DNA from: Cyanobacteriota bacterium
GTDB lineage: Bacteria; Cyanobacteriota; Cyanobacteriia; PCC-6307; Cyanobiaceae
Length of the DNA: 64,000 nt
Reading direction: 5' to 3'
Assembly (NCBI GenBank): GCA_046052125.1
Contig: JBJOMY010000001.1
Span: 448,001-512,000, forward strand
The first letter of the stretch is position 1, and each line of letters begins with the position of its first letter. The notes under the pieces were generated by a model that saw only the letters and a program-made list of their open reading frames with translations, made no database searches and was not told where the DNA came from. Of this stretch, positions 49,622-59,755 are shown piece after piece. A program made the translations under genes and the position numbers.

Positions 49622-50059
49622 ATGAACCAATCCTTAGCCAATCTGCACCCCAATCCTGGATGGGACCCGAGCCACAGCCCCATCGGCAAACACTGCATCC
49701 TCGAGCTCTACAGCTGCAGTGCCGACAAGCTCAATGATGAAGCCTTTCTCCGCAGCAGCATCACTTACGCCGTGCAACGGGCCGGCGCCACGCTGTTGCA
49801 ACTGATCAGCCACCGCTTCGACCCCCAGGGAGTGACAGGGCTCGCGCTTCTGGCTGAATCCCACCTTTCGATCCACACCTGGCCTGAATCGGGCTACGCC
49901 GCTGTGGATGTGTTCACCTGCGGCGACCACACGATGCCGGAGCTGGCCTGCCAGGAGCTGGTGGCTGCGCTGGAAGCCGCCCGCTACAGCCTGCGAAGTT
50001 TCCTGAGAGAAACCCCATCCGACGTTGCGGCAAGCGAACGGGAACCAGCGATTCGCTGA
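49622..50059 (+). CDS. speD: S-adenosylmethionine decarboxylase proenzyme
   Basis: [19 protein letters not shown] self-cleavage motif, DVFTCG. Confidence 0.92.
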   Translation: MNQSLANLHPNPGWDPSHSPIGKHCILELYSCSADKLNDEAFLRSSITYAVQRAGATLLQLISHRFDPQGVTGLALLAESHLSIHTWPESGYAAVDVFTCGDHTMPELACQELVAALEAARYSLRSFLRETPSDVAASEREPAIR

Positions 50060-50087
50060 AGGGAGAAGCACACCAAAGGGGAGCGGC

Positions 50088-50408
50088 TCAGCAGCAAGGC
50101 GCAGCCGGCGTCGTGCAGCCCGAGGCCAGCTCCCCAAGCCAGGCACGCAACTGCTCGAGTGCTTCGGGCTCTAGGCGGTAGTACACCCAGCGGCCGTCTT
50201 CCCGAGCCGTGAGCAAACCCGCCTCCTTCAGCACCTTCAGGTGAAACGACAGCTTGGACTGCGCCAGGTTGAGATCGCTGGTGAGCTCGCAGACGCAGCG
50301 CTCACCAGAGCCCAGCGCTTCGATCAATTGCAGGCGAATCGGCTCCGCGAGCGCCTTGAGCAGTAAGCGCGCCCGCTCGGGAGTGATCGGCACGGACGCG
50401 ACGGGCAC
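50088..50408 (-). CDS. arsR: ArsR/SmtB-family repressor
   Basis: KALAEPIRL, ERCVCEL As(III) site, SFHLKVL, C-terminal CC; start uncertain. Confidence 0.9.
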   Translation of the reverse strand: MPVASVPITPERARLLLKALAEPIRLQLIEALGSGERCVCELTSDLNLAQSKLSFHLKVLKEAGLLTAREDGRWVYYRLEPEALEQLRAWLGELASGCTTPAAPCC

Positions 50409-50429
50409 GTGACCTGGAGCACATGATCC

Positions 50430-50445
50430 ATCAACTCTAGTTGAT
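50430..50445. promoter_or_regulatory. ArsR operator
   Basis: ATCAA-N6-TTGAT palindrome between divergent arsR and gap. Confidence 0.7.
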
Positions 50446-50494
50446 CTATGTTTCGCCCAGGCGTTGTCCAGCCCGGCGAAAGCCGGCAACAGTG

Positions 50495-51520
50495 ATGAAA
50501 ATCGGAATCAACGGCTTCGGCCGCATAGGCCGCCTGGTGTTCCGTGCCCTCTGGGGCCGCCCCGGCATCGAGCTTGTGCATGTGAACGATGCCGCTGGCG
50601 ATGCAGCCACCGCCGCCCATCTGCTCGCCTTTGATTCCGTACATGGCCGCTGGCATCAAGCCGTGCAGGCCAACACCCGCGGCTTTTTTGTGGCGAGCCA
50701 AGCGGTGAGCTACACGAGTGAGAGCGACCCCACCGCCGTGCCCTGGCGTGAGGCCGGGGTGGAGCTGGTGCTCGAGTGCAGCGGAAAGATCAAAACCCCT
50801 GAAACCCTCCAGCCCTACTTCGATGTGGTGGGTCTACCGCGGGTGCTGGTGGCCTGCCCGGTTAAAGGAGTGATCGCCGGAGAAGAAGCGCTCAACATCG
50901 TCTACGGCATCAACCACCATCTCTATGACCCCAACCGGCACCGGCTGGTGACCGCAGCCTCCTGCACCACCAACTGCCTCGCCCCGGTGGTGAAGGTGGT
51001 GCACGAGAGCTTCGGCATCAAGCACGGCTCGATCACCACCCTGCACGACGTGACCAACACGCAAGTGGTGGTGGATGGCTTCAAGAGCGACCTGCGCCGT
51101 GCCCGCTCCTGCCTGCAAAGCCTGATCCCCACCACCACAGGCTCTGCCAAAGCGATCGGGATGATCTTTCCCGAACTGCAGGGCAAGCTCAACGGCCATG
51201 CGGTGCGGGTGCCGCTGCTGAATGCCTCCCTCACCGATGCGGTGTTTGAACTGGAGCGCCCGGTACGTGTGGAGGAGGTGAATGGCGCCTTCGAAGCAGC
51301 CGCCAATGGAGCCCTGCAGGGCATCCTCGGCTACGAAACCAGGCCGCTGGTGTCGATCGACTACGTGAACGACAACCGCAGCGCTGTTGTTGATGCGCTC
51401 TCCACGATGGTGGTGAATGGCACCCAACTGAAGGTCTACTCCTGGTACGACAACGAGTGGGGCTACAGCTCCCGCATGGCGGATCTGGCATGCCACATCG
51501 CTCTACTGGATGCACGCTGA
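50495..51520 (+). CDS. gap: ArsJ-associated glyceraldehyde-3-phosphate dehydrogenase
   Basis: [27 protein letters not shown]; coupled to arsJ. Confidence 0.93.
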   Translation: MKIGINGFGRIGRLVFRALWGRPGIELVHVNDAAGDAATAAHLLAFDSVHGRWHQAVQANTRGFFVASQAVSYTSESDPTAVPWREAGVELVLECSGKIKTPETLQPYFDVVGLPRVLVACPVKGVIAGEEALNIVYGINHHLYDPNRHRLVTAASCTTNCLAPVVKVVHESFGIKHGSITTLHDVTNTQVVVDGFKSDLRRARSCLQSLIPTTTGSAKAIGMIFPELQGKLNGHAVRVPLLNASLTDAVFELERPVRVEEVNGAFEAAANGALQGILGYETRPLVSIDYVNDNRSAVVDALSTMVVNGTQLKVYSWYDNEWGYSSRMADLACHIALLDAR

Positions 51521-52788
51521 TGGGCTTGACAGAGATCAGCCAACGCCCACTCACGGCGTTGCAGCAATACGCAATCGTGACGGCCAACTACTGGGCCTTC
51601 ACCCTCACCGATGGCGCCCTGCGCATGCTCGTGGTGTTTCACTTCCACGCGCTGGGTTACTCCACTCTGGAGATCGCCTTCCTGTTTCTCTTCTACGAGT
51701 TTTTCGGGATCGTCACCAACCTCTATGGCGGCTGGCTGGGGGCGCGCTTCGGGCTGAGGCTCACCCTCTGGAGCGGCACCTTGATGCAGGTGGCGGCCCT
51801 GTTGATGCTGATCCCCGTGGCCGACACCTGGCCGAAGTGGTGGAGCGTGGCCTACGTGATGGTGGCCCAGGCGATCAGCGGCATCGCCAAAGACCTCAAC
51901 AAGATGAGCGCCAAGAGCGCCATCAAAACGGTGGTGCCCGAAACACCAGACGACCAACAGCGCGGCGACGCTCAGCTGTTCAAGTGGGTGGCGATCCTCA
52001 CGGGCTCCAAAAACGCCCTCAAGGGGGTGGGCTTCTTTCTCGGTGGCTTGCTGCTCACCAGCCTCGGCTTCAACACAGCTGTGGGCGTGATGGCGGCGGG
52101 GCTGCTGCTCAGCTTCCTGCTCACCCTGGTGCTGCCCGCTGAGATGGGTCGCATGAAGCAGAAGCCCGGCTTCAGCGCCCTGTTCTCCAAAAGCCGCGGC
52201 ATCAATGTGCTCTCGCTGGCCCGCTTTTTCCTGTTCGGCGCCCGCGATGTGTGGTTTGTGGTGGCGTTGCCGGTGTTTCTCCAGGCCGCCCTCGGTTGGC
52301 GGTTCTGGGAAGTGGGCGGCTTCATGGGGCTGTGGGTGATCGGCTACGGGATCGTGCAGGCCTCGGCCCCTGCCCTGCGGCGCAGCTGGGGCCAGGCCAA
52401 TCCACCCGGCGTGTCCGCCGTGGAGTTCTGGAGTGGGGTACTCACGGCCATTCCCGCCCTGATCGCCATCGCCCTTTGGCGAGAAGTGGCCCATCCAGGG
52501 GTGGCGATCGTGGTGGGGCTCACGGCGTTCGGCGTGGTGTTCGCGATGAATTCCTCGATCCACAGCTACATGGTGCTCGCCTACACCGATGCCGAATCCG
52601 TGAGCCTCAATGTGGGCTTCTATTACATGGCGAATGCCGCCGGCCGGCTAGTGGGCACGTTGCTATCAGGCGCTCTTTTCCTCTGGGGTGGGATGCAGGC
52701 CTGCCTCTGGATGTCGTGCCTGCTGGTGGCGCTCGCCTTCATCACGAGCACGCGCTTACCCAGCCCCGCTGCCCTCAGGACGGATTGA
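51520..52788 (+). CDS. arsJ: Organoarsenical efflux MFS transporter
   Basis: NYWAFTLTDGALRML, KDLNKMSAKS, VGFYYMANA-GRL. Confidence 0.92.
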   Translation: MGLTEISQRPLTALQQYAIVTANYWAFTLTDGALRMLVVFHFHALGYSTLEIAFLFLFYEFFGIVTNLYGGWLGARFGLRLTLWSGTLMQVAALLMLIPVADTWPKWWSVAYVMVAQAISGIAKDLNKMSAKSAIKTVVPETPDDQQRGDAQLFKWVAILTGSKNALKGVGFFLGGLLLTSLGFNTAVGVMAAGLLLSFLLTLVLPAEMGRMKQKPGFSALFSKSRGINVLSLARFFLFGARDVWFVVALPVFLQAALGWRFWEVGGFMGLWVIGYGIVQASAPALRRSWGQANPPGVSAVEFWSGVLTAIPALIAIALWREVAHPGVAIVVGLTAFGVVFAMNSSIHSYMVLAYTDAESVSLNVGFYYMANAAGRLVGTLLSGALFLWGGMQACLWMSCLLVALAFITSTRLPSPAALRTD

Positions 52789-53158
52789 ACAACTGGCGAA
52801 TCTGTTCGCTCTTCTCCGGGCAGAGCATGGGGCTGTAGTAGCGAACGGCGGCAGTTTCCACCTGTTCGGGGCTGATGCCACGGAAGTCGATCGCCGCCTG
52901 TTCGTATTGCTGAGCCAGCTGCTGTTCCAAGGCCTCACTGCTGGGGAGCTGCCCCACGCTGTCGCAGAGGATCCGGGCATACAACCGCGCTGCGCAGCCG
53001 GTGTGACCGAAGCGGCTTACGCAGCTCTGCAACTCCGGACTGATCGCCTCAGGCAGAGATGGCAACGGTGGCGGAACGGACCCCTGAGCCAGGGCCGGCA
53101 CCACCAGCCCGTGCAGCAGCGCCAGGGTCCACTGCCAGCGCAAGGCGCCGGCGATCAC
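52775..53158 (-). CDS. Hypothetical exported protein with four Cys
   Basis: Signal peptide ending ALA-Q; overlaps upstream gene by 4 nt. Confidence 0.65.
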   Translation of the reverse strand: MIAGALRWQWTLALLHGLVVPALAQGSVPPPLPSLPEAISPELQSCVSRFGHTGCAARLYARILCDSVGQLPSSEALEQQLAQQYEQAAIDFRGISPEQVETAAVRYYSPMLCPEKSEQIRQLFNPS

Positions 53159-53712
53159 CGAAAACGCTCCGGCTTGCAGCTGCTGAAGCGCTCCACCTCA
53201 TCACGATTCAGCCGCGGTGGTGAACCGGCCTGCAGGAGCTCTGGATGCAGTTGTTGCAGGGAGTTGGCCGCTGCATTGAAGGCCTCGGCGGCGGCGCGCT
53301 CCTGCGCGCTGTGCTCGGCTTCCCAACGCTCACGCCGCTCGCTCTCGGCGAGGCGCCAGGCCTCCATGGCCTGCTCATGCAGATCCTCTTCGGTCTGCTG
53401 GTCGTAGATGGTGAGCCGGCGCTGCTCCTCTTGATCGAGAGGTTTGGGCGGGGCGGTAGGGGCGTAGCTGCTCTGGCGCACCGCCGCCAACTCCTGTTGC
53501 GCCAGCACAAAACGCTCCAGCGCAGCGGGCAACCGCGGCTGGAGCCGCTGGCACAACGCCAACAAACGCTGCTGCTCCGCCAAGCGCTCGCGCTCCTGCA
53601 AGGAGGGCCCGCTCGGCTTGCATCCCGCCACACACACCACAGCCAACAGGGCCAGCAGCCGGAAACGGCGGATCACAGGAACCCTTGGGCTGCCACCACT
53701 CTGACAGGACAA
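53155..53712 (-). CDS. Hypothetical lipoprotein
   Basis: Hydrophobic stretch with VAGC lipobox, then coiled coil; start uncertain. Confidence 0.65.
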   Translation of the reverse strand: MSCQSGGSPRVPVIRRFRLLALLAVVCVAGCKPSGPSLQERERLAEQQRLLALCQRLQPRLPAALERFVLAQQELAAVRQSSYAPTAPPKPLDQEEQRRLTIYDQQTEEDLHEQAMEAWRLAESERRERWEAEHSAQERAAAEAFNAAANSLQQLHPELLQAGSPPRLNRDEVERFSSCKPERFR

Positions 53713-53799
53713 GCAAGGAACGGGGCTGTTGCCCCCAAATGGGGGTAGCGATGGCCAGCGAGGCGTTCGTAGCTGTACCTAGCCGATCACACTCGATCC

Positions 53800-54018
53800 T
53801 TGGAGAACATCGAAGCCCACCTGGCCAAGCTGAAGGCTGAGCTGGATCAGGCACGCCAGAGCGGCGACACCGGCAAGATCAATCACCTCGAAGGTGAGCT
53901 CAAGGATCTCGAGGCCTACCAACAGCACCACCCCGGTGAGCAGAAGGATCCCTCACCGCTCGAGGTGTATTGCGACCTGAACCCCACAGCCCCCGAGTGC
54001 CTCGTCTACGACGACTGA
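53800..54018 (+). CDS. cp12: CP12-domain protein (C-terminal Cys pair only)
   Basis: PLEVYCDLNPTAPECLVYDD C-terminus. Confidence 0.88.
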   Translation: MENIEAHLAKLKAELDQARQSGDTGKINHLEGELKDLEAYQQHHPGEQKDPSPLEVYCDLNPTAPECLVYDD

Positions 54019-54021
54019 ACC

Positions 54022-54249
54022 ATGAGCCAAGACGCCAGCATCACCATCGGCGAATTAGAAGCCAACTATCAGCTGTATTGCAAAGCGTTGAAGATGTTGA
54101 TTGCGGAAAAACGCACCCTCAACAAAATCCAACGCACCGTGTGCTGGGGGCGCCTGGAGACGTTGCATCACTGTCTGCCGCGGCACTACAAATCTCCGCA
54201 GTATTTATACGCTCAACTCACCCGAGACGGTCAAAAGGTTTCGACCTGA
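54022..54249 (+). CDS. DUF3136-like picocyanobacterial protein
   Basis: TIGELEA-Y--YCKAL...RTVCW--LE-LH-CLP--YKSP. Confidence 0.75.
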   Translation: MSQDASITIGELEANYQLYCKALKMLIAEKRTLNKIQRTVCWGRLETLHHCLPRHYKSPQYLYAQLTRDGQKVST

Positions 54250-54300
54250 AGCCAATCGGGTCAGCGGCGAGGGATGATGGCAACAGCCTCCGGCTGAGCG

Positions 54301-54987
54301 ATGGACTTCACGCCCTATCTCGACAGCCTCAGCAGCAGCAACCTCGACGGTGTGCTGCTTTCCGTGGCCGTCCAAGGCAAGGTTGCACTGGCGATGAAAG
54401 GGCGTTTTTTCCTGCGTTGTCTGTGCGAAAGCTTCAGCCAGGCCACGCCCATCGGCTGTGCTGTCACCGATGAGGACAGCTGCCTGAATTACCTCAGACA
54501 AGAGCGCTACGAACTACTGATCTGCACCGACTATCTGGAGAGCGGCAATGGCTTTGAGCTAGCCCGCAAAGCCCGAGAACTGCAGCCGCAGCTCAAGATT
54601 GTCGTGCTGGCGCTCGGTGATGCCATCCCCGTGGAATATGCCGATGCCACCTGGCTGGAGGCCGTGGTGGCGGAAGCGGATTTCATCGAAGACCAGAAAC
54701 CGCTGGAGGCAGCCGTGATGGCCGTGATGGGGCATCACTCCTACCGAAGCCCCTCGCTGCGCTCAGGGCAGTTGCCTTATCTGAGCTGTCCGCGGCTCAC
54801 ACCACGGGAATACGAAGTGCTGGATCTGCTCGCCAGCGGCCTCACCGATCGGGAAATTGCTGAGCAGTTGGTGGTGAGCGAAGAAACAGCCCGCACCTAC
54901 ACCAAGCGTTTGCTCAAAACCCTCGAAGTGAACAACCGCGTGCAAGCGGTGTTGAAGGGGATGCGCTGCGGCATGGTCCAAATCTGA
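54301..54987 (+). CDS. LuxR/NarL-family regulator with atypical receiver
   Basis: LTPREYEVL-L---GL---EIA--L-VSEET HTH. Confidence 0.88.
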   Translation: MDFTPYLDSLSSSNLDGVLLSVAVQGKVALAMKGRFFLRCLCESFSQATPIGCAVTDEDSCLNYLRQERYELLICTDYLESGNGFELARKARELQPQLKIVVLALGDAIPVEYADATWLEAVVAEADFIEDQKPLEAAVMAVMGHHSYRSPSLRSGQLPYLSCPRLTPREYEVLDLLASGLTDREIAEQLVVSEETARTYTKRLLKTLEVNNRVQAVLKGMRCGMVQI

Positions 54988-55046
54988 AGCCAGCTCCGGC
55001 CAACCCACCCATACTGAAAACCGCAATCGCCCCTCGGCCTCTGCCC

Positions 55047-55841
55047 ATGCGCTTCCGTCTGTCGGCCCTGATCCCCCTGGCGGCCCTGGGCCTGGGCACT
55101 GGCCTCTCGGCGCAGGCACCGCAGGCGATGGCAGCCCAGCCCGCCTGCCCCGCACCGATGCAGGGGCGCTACGCAGTGATGGGCATGGGCGTGCAGCGAG
55201 GCGGTGCCAGCAACACCCCCACCGCCCACCTACTGGAAGAGCGTTGGCTGGCCGGCGGCAAGCTCAGCGGCACCGTGGTGGAGCGGGTTGGCCGCACCGA
55301 GCGGCAAGCCACCTACAACGGCCAGGCGCGCCTCACCCCCAGCTGCGTGCTGCAACTGGAGCGCACCATGCCCTGGGGTGTCGAGCGCAGCGAGGTGGTG
55401 CTCGATGGTCGCGGCCGGCCGCTCTACAGCCTCAATCGCAATGCGGGCAGCGTGATCACCAGCCGCTGGTTGCCCATGGCCCCCGGAAGCTGCAAGCCGG
55501 CTGATCTCAATGGCCTGGTGCTCAGCAGCCAGGTGGGTCTGAGCTGGAGCAACGGTGGCTGGAGCCCCAATGCTGTGGTGCAGCGCGAGCAATGGAGCGA
55601 GGGCAGCGTGAAGGGCCTGGCCCTCGCGAGCTACGCCGGCGTTGGTGAAACCGCGGCCTACAGCGGCAAGCTCAACCTCGATACCGGCAGTTGCTGGGGC
55701 AGCCTCAACGAGCGCGACGCCCTTGGCGCCAACTACAGCTACCGGGCTCTGGTGGTGAAGGGTCGCAGCGGTGCTCGGGGGTACTACTACCTGCAGCGCG
55801 ATGCCGACGACCTCACCGTGGGTTGGCTGGTGCGCGACTGA
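55047..55841 (+). CDS. Secreted protein with two tandem beta-rich repeats
   Basis: Signal peptide; duplicated C-x3/4-[ML]-x-G...Y-x-G...SC pattern. Confidence 0.8.
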   Translation: MRFRLSALIPLAALGLGTGLSAQAPQAMAAQPACPAPMQGRYAVMGMGVQRGGASNTPTAHLLEERWLAGGKLSGTVVERVGRTERQATYNGQARLTPSCVLQLERTMPWGVERSEVVLDGRGRPLYSLNRNAGSVITSRWLPMAPGSCKPADLNGLVLSSQVGLSWSNGGWSPNAVVQREQWSEGSVKGLALASYAGVGETAAYSGKLNLDTGSCWGSLNERDALGANYSYRALVVKGRSGARGYYYLQRDADDLTVGWLVRD

Positions 55842-55856
55842 TCCAGGGCTGAGCGC

Positions 55857-57944
55857 TCAGAGCACCCGGCCGATCACCGCGGCCTGCTCGAAGCCGGCCG
55901 CCCGCAACGCCGCCAGGGCTGCTTCAGCTCTCTCCGACGGCAGGGCCGCCAAGAGCGGCCCGCAGGTTTGCGGATCAATCCAGAGCTGCTGCATGGGAGC
56001 CGAGGCTGGTCTGGCCAGGCTCACCCCGGCGCCGGGATCCAGCAGCGCCAGGGCCTGCGCATTGGCCGGAGCCAGGCTGCTGGCCAGCCCCTGCTCCAAC
56101 AGCGCCAGGGCCCCGGGCAGCGCTGGGATCGCCTCGGGATCCAGCTCCACCCGCTGATCGGGGCCAAGCATCTCGCCGAGGTGGCCCAGCAAGCCAAACC
56201 CGGTGATGTCGGTGCAGGCCTGGCAACCGTGGGCCGCCAGCAGCTCCACCAGGGGCGCCTGGCTCTGTTGCATCACCTCCAAGGCCGCATCGAGCCACTG
56301 CGGCTGGGCCCGGCCCGCCATCGCCGCCGCAAACAGCACCCCGCTGCCGATCGCCCGGTTGAGCAGCAACACCTGGCCAGAGCGCAGCGGACCTTTGGGC
56401 CAATGGGCCTGGGGTGCCACAGCGCCCGTCACCGCCAGGGTGAGCGCCAGGCCGGCCCCATCGCGCCCCTCCAGGGTGTGCCCTCCCAGCAACGGCGCAT
56501 CAAGGGGATCGATCACCGAACGCACCCCCGCCAGGGTCTGCAGCAGCAGCTCCTCCTGAAGCACCGCGGCGGCCGCAGGCAGGGTGACCACCACCTGCAG
56601 GCTGTGCAGACGGGCGCCACAGGCCCACAGATCACTGCAGGCATGCAGGGTGGTGAGGCGGGCATTGAGCCAGGGGTCATCCACCAGGGCCGGGAATCCA
56701 TCCACGCTCTGCAGCAACAGCGCCCCACTGGCGGCGCGCTCGAGCGGCGCGGCATCTTCCGGTCTTGGCGCCTCGCCGGCTGGCGCCAGCCGTGCCAAGG
56801 CCGCGGCCAAGGGAGCCGCCGGAAGCTTGGCCGCGCAACCGCGGCAGGCCATGGGCTCAAAGGCGGCCATGGCGGCATCGGAGCAGAAACCGTCCATGAA
56901 GCGGCGATCAATCCGCTCTTTCCAGCGCCAGAGCCAGCGGGATGGCCCCCAGTGCCAGGGCCCATACACAGCGATGGCCTCAGGCGGAGCCGGCGCCTGC
57001 CAACCGCCATCGCCCAGCAACTGCAAAGCCCAGCGCTGCGGGCGCCACGAACGCAAGGGGCGATCGGGCTGGGTCAAAGCCCGCTTCAGGTTCTCCGCGA
57101 GCACCGGCGCGGCCCGCACGGCCCACACCCCTGAAGGGGGGCGGGGATCAGCGGCGATCACGGCGCAATCACCGCTGGCAAAGAGCTGCGGGAAGCCCTG
57201 CACCGCCAGGCTGGCTTCGGTGAGCACACGGCCTGTGGCCAGCTCCACCGGCAGGCCGCTGGCCGCCAACCAGGGCGGCGCCTCGCTGCCAGTGCAGGCC
57301 AGATCAGCGGGCTCGTGCTCAGCGACGCACCGCCGCACGGCAATGCCGGCGCGGGTCAGCCAGCGTTCGGCGGCCCTGTTGCTTGCGGCCGATCCCAGCT
57401 GCAGCTGATCGCCGCGAAGCAACAATGTCGGAGCCAGTCCGCGGGCCCGCAAAGCCAGCGCCAGTTCCACCGCCGCGGCCCCACCCCCGCGAATCCGCAC
57501 CACCGGATCCCGGCCAGGTGTGAGCCACTGATCGAGCCAGGCCAGAAACGGCTCCAGCGGTTTCACCCGTTGGCTCGCGCCAGCCTCAACACCGCCAGCT
57601 GCAGCGCTCCAGCGGGTCTGGCAGCCCACGTTGAGGCTGAGCACGTTGAAACGCAGTGGGGGCCTGCCCTGGAGCTGCAGTTCGTTGTGGAGGGAATCCA
57701 CGCCGCTGATCTCCGCTTGCACAAAGCTCACCCCAGCCCGGCGGCACAACTCGCGCAGATCGATCGCGCAGGCTTCACGGGGAACGAGCCCCGCCACCAG
57801 CGCCGGCACCATGCCCGAATAGAGGGCGGTGCTGCAGCGATTCACCAGCGTCACCGCCGTGGCAGCGGGCCGGGTGTGGGGCCGCATGATCCAGCGGCGC
57901 AACAGCAGGGCGTGGGTATGGCCGCCCCCAGCCAACACGAGCAT
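55857..57944 (-). CDS. selD: Selenide, water dikinase with N-terminal FAD/NADH oxidoreductase-like domain
   Basis: GGGHTH, YSGM, CRGCAAK, EDAA, QSVDGF, DLWA, GGHT, TDITGFGLLGH, DPQT-G. Confidence 0.92.
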   Translation of the reverse strand: MLVLAGGGHTHALLLRRWIMRPHTRPAATAVTLVNRCSTALYSGMVPALVAGLVPREACAIDLRELCRRAGVSFVQAEISGVDSLHNELQLQGRPPLRFNVLSLNVGCQTRWSAAAGGVEAGASQRVKPLEPFLAWLDQWLTPGRDPVVRIRGGGAAAVELALALRARGLAPTLLLRGDQLQLGSAASNRAAERWLTRAGIAVRRCVAEHEPADLACTGSEAPPWLAASGLPVELATGRVLTEASLAVQGFPQLFASGDCAVIAADPRPPSGVWAVRAAPVLAENLKRALTQPDRPLRSWRPQRWALQLLGDGGWQAPAPPEAIAVYGPWHWGPSRWLWRWKERIDRRFMDGFCSDAAMAAFEPMACRGCAAKLPAAPLAAALARLAPAGEAPRPEDAAPLERAASGALLLQSVDGFPALVDDPWLNARLTTLHACSDLWACGARLHSLQVVVTLPAAAAVLQEELLLQTLAGVRSVIDPLDAPLLGGHTLEGRDGAGLALTLAVTGAVAPQAHWPKGPLRSGQVLLLNRAIGSGVLFAAAMAGRAQPQWLDAALEVMQQSQAPLVELLAAHGCQACTDITGFGLLGHLGEMLGPDQRVELDPEAIPALPGALALLEQGLASSLAPANAQALALLDPGAGVSLARPASAPMQQLWIDPQTCGPLLAALPSERAEAALAALRAAGFEQAAVIGRVL

Positions 57945-57983
57945 CCGCCGCGCCAAGGAGGCCTCAGGGGCGGGCCGCAAGGG

Positions 57984-58172
57984 TCAGTCCACGTTCAACT
58001 GGCCGTCGTCATCCCAGGTGAGCAGCGAGGGCAAACCATCGCGTCCATGGGATGAACCCACCCGAGCCACCCGCGCGGGGCCATTCACCAGCGGGATCAG
58101 TCGCCCGAGCTGCTCGGTGATGCGCTCACTAGCCGCCTGGTGGTCGGCGGAGGGCTGGGCCTGATCGGTCAT
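57984..58172 (-). CDS. Small hypothetical protein
   Basis: 62-aa ORF packed between tolC and selD on the same strand. Confidence 0.55.
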   Translation of the reverse strand: MTDQAQPSADHQAASERITEQLGRLIPLVNGPARVARVGSSHGRDGLPSLLTWDDDGQLNVD

Positions 58173-58176
58173 GCAC

Positions 58177-59706
58177 TCACTGTAAAGAGCCGGTTTCCAG
58201 CTCCAGCCCGGCGCGGCTGAGGTTCCAGCGGTGAATCGCCGTGGCCTGGGCGGAGCGGGCGGCCTGGAGATTGCGCTGGGCGATCAACAGCTCAGTGATT
58301 GGTGCCACTCCGGCGCGATAACGGAGCAGCGCATCCCGCACCGCTTCATCACCGGCGCGGGCCGCCGCCGCTGCGGCCCGCATCTGGGGGCCTGAAGCCT
58401 GATGGCTGGCAAACCAGGTTTCCACCTGTTGGGTAATGCTCTGCTCGGCCAGTTCGATCGCCAGTTCGCTCTGCTCGGCGCGGCGGCGTGCCAGCGCCAC
58501 CGATTCGCGCGTGAGGCCGCCATCAAAGATGGGCTGCCTTAAAGAGATCACCGCTCCCCAGTCGTAAAAGCTGCCAGAGGCATTCCCGCTGCTGTTCAGT
58601 GTTGGCAAATCCGGGCCCGAGGCGCCGTTCGCAGACACCCGCGGGGTGCTGTTGAGCACCGGCACATTCAGCCAGTCCGCATTGATTCCGCCGCCCAGCA
58701 ACAGGCCCACCTGAGGGAGCGCTCCGGCGCGGGCCACCTGCACGCGGGCCAGCTGGGCCTGGCGTTGCTTCTCCAACGCTTGCAGAGCGGGCCGATCGGC
58801 AAAGGCCTTCTCCAGGGTTGCGTTGAGGCTGAGGGGCCAGGCCGGCAGAGGCTGCAGCGGATCCGAGAGCACCACCTGTTGCTGCGGCGGCAGGTTGAGG
58901 CTGCGGGCCAGGGCGCTGAGAGCGATCTGGCGCTGGGAGCGCGCTTCCGCCAGGCCCTGCCGATCGGTTTCCACCAATGCCTCGGCCTGCAGGGTGTCGA
59001 TGCGTGCCGCCAGGCCTTCGCGGCGGATCGCACTGGCATCGCTGAGCAGACGCGTGGACACCCCCAGGGCGCTCTCCCACACCGGAATCAGCGCCTCTGC
59101 CAGCTGGGCATTGAGATAGGCGCTCACGATCGCGAAGCGGGTGCGCCGTTGCTGCTCGCTCTGCTCAGCCTGGGCGGCCTGCACACCGGCTCGGGCTGCT
59201 TGCTGCAGCGGTCCGCGGCCGAAATCAATCAGCGGCATGGTGAGCGCAAGGCCCGCATTCACAAAGGTGTTCTGCACCACCGCGTAGCCATCACCACCGA
59301 GATCGAAATTGAGATCCCCGATCGCCGGCAGGTTGGAGATGAAGCCAAAGTCCGTGCCCACCTGGGCGTAGGTGCCCAACCCCACTAAATCGAGCTTGGG
59401 CAGGAAGCGGGCCCGCGCGAGGCCCTGCAGGGCTCGGCTTTCATCGAGCTGCAGCGCACTGCTACGCAGGGCCAAGGAACGGTTCACCCCGAGCGCGATC
59501 GCCTGCTCCAGGCTCAGGGTTAAAGGGGTCTGGGTTATTCCCGCCGCATCGGGCTTTGTGGGGGCCTGAAGTTCCGCCGCATGGCTGGGCTGACTAGCGA
59601 ACGGCGCCACAAGGGGAGCCGTTGCCAGCCCAATCGCTCCGAGCCATGCCGCAGACAACCTGTAGAACGAGCGGCGAGGACGGCGGAACAAGCCTTCAGG
59701 TCGCAA
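58177..59706 (-). CDS. TolC-family outer membrane efflux protein
   Basis: LSLEQAI, P-LDL, P-IDFG, PIFDGG, RY-AGV----ELL-AQ OEP repeats; start probably TTG 59706 or 59691. Confidence 0.9.
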   Translation of the reverse strand: MRPEGLFRRPRRSFYRLSAAWLGAIGLATAPLVAPFASQPSHAAELQAPTKPDAAGITQTPLTLSLEQAIALGVNRSLALRSSALQLDESRALQGLARARFLPKLDLVGLGTYAQVGTDFGFISNLPAIGDLNFDLGGDGYAVVQNTFVNAGLALTMPLIDFGRGPLQQAARAGVQAAQAEQSEQQRRTRFAIVSAYLNAQLAEALIPVWESALGVSTRLLSDASAIRREGLAARIDTLQAEALVETDRQGLAEARSQRQIALSALARSLNLPPQQQVVLSDPLQPLPAWPLSLNATLEKAFADRPALQALEKQRQAQLARVQVARAGALPQVGLLLGGGINADWLNVPVLNSTPRVSANGASGPDLPTLNSSGNASGSFYDWGAVISLRQPIFDGGLTRESVALARRRAEQSELAIELAEQSITQQVETWFASHQASGPQMRAAAAAARAGDEAVRDALLRYRAGVAPITELLIAQRNLQAARSAQATAIHRWNLSRAGLELETGSLQ

Positions 59707-59755
59707 GTTGCCGGTACCGTAGCCGCAGTGTGCAGCTCCCAGAGCGCTGGGCGAG

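Noticed and set aside
56830..56860. Selenocysteine (UGA) recoding in selD
   Set aside because: Active-site residues are ordinary Cys codons and the frame is uninterrupted
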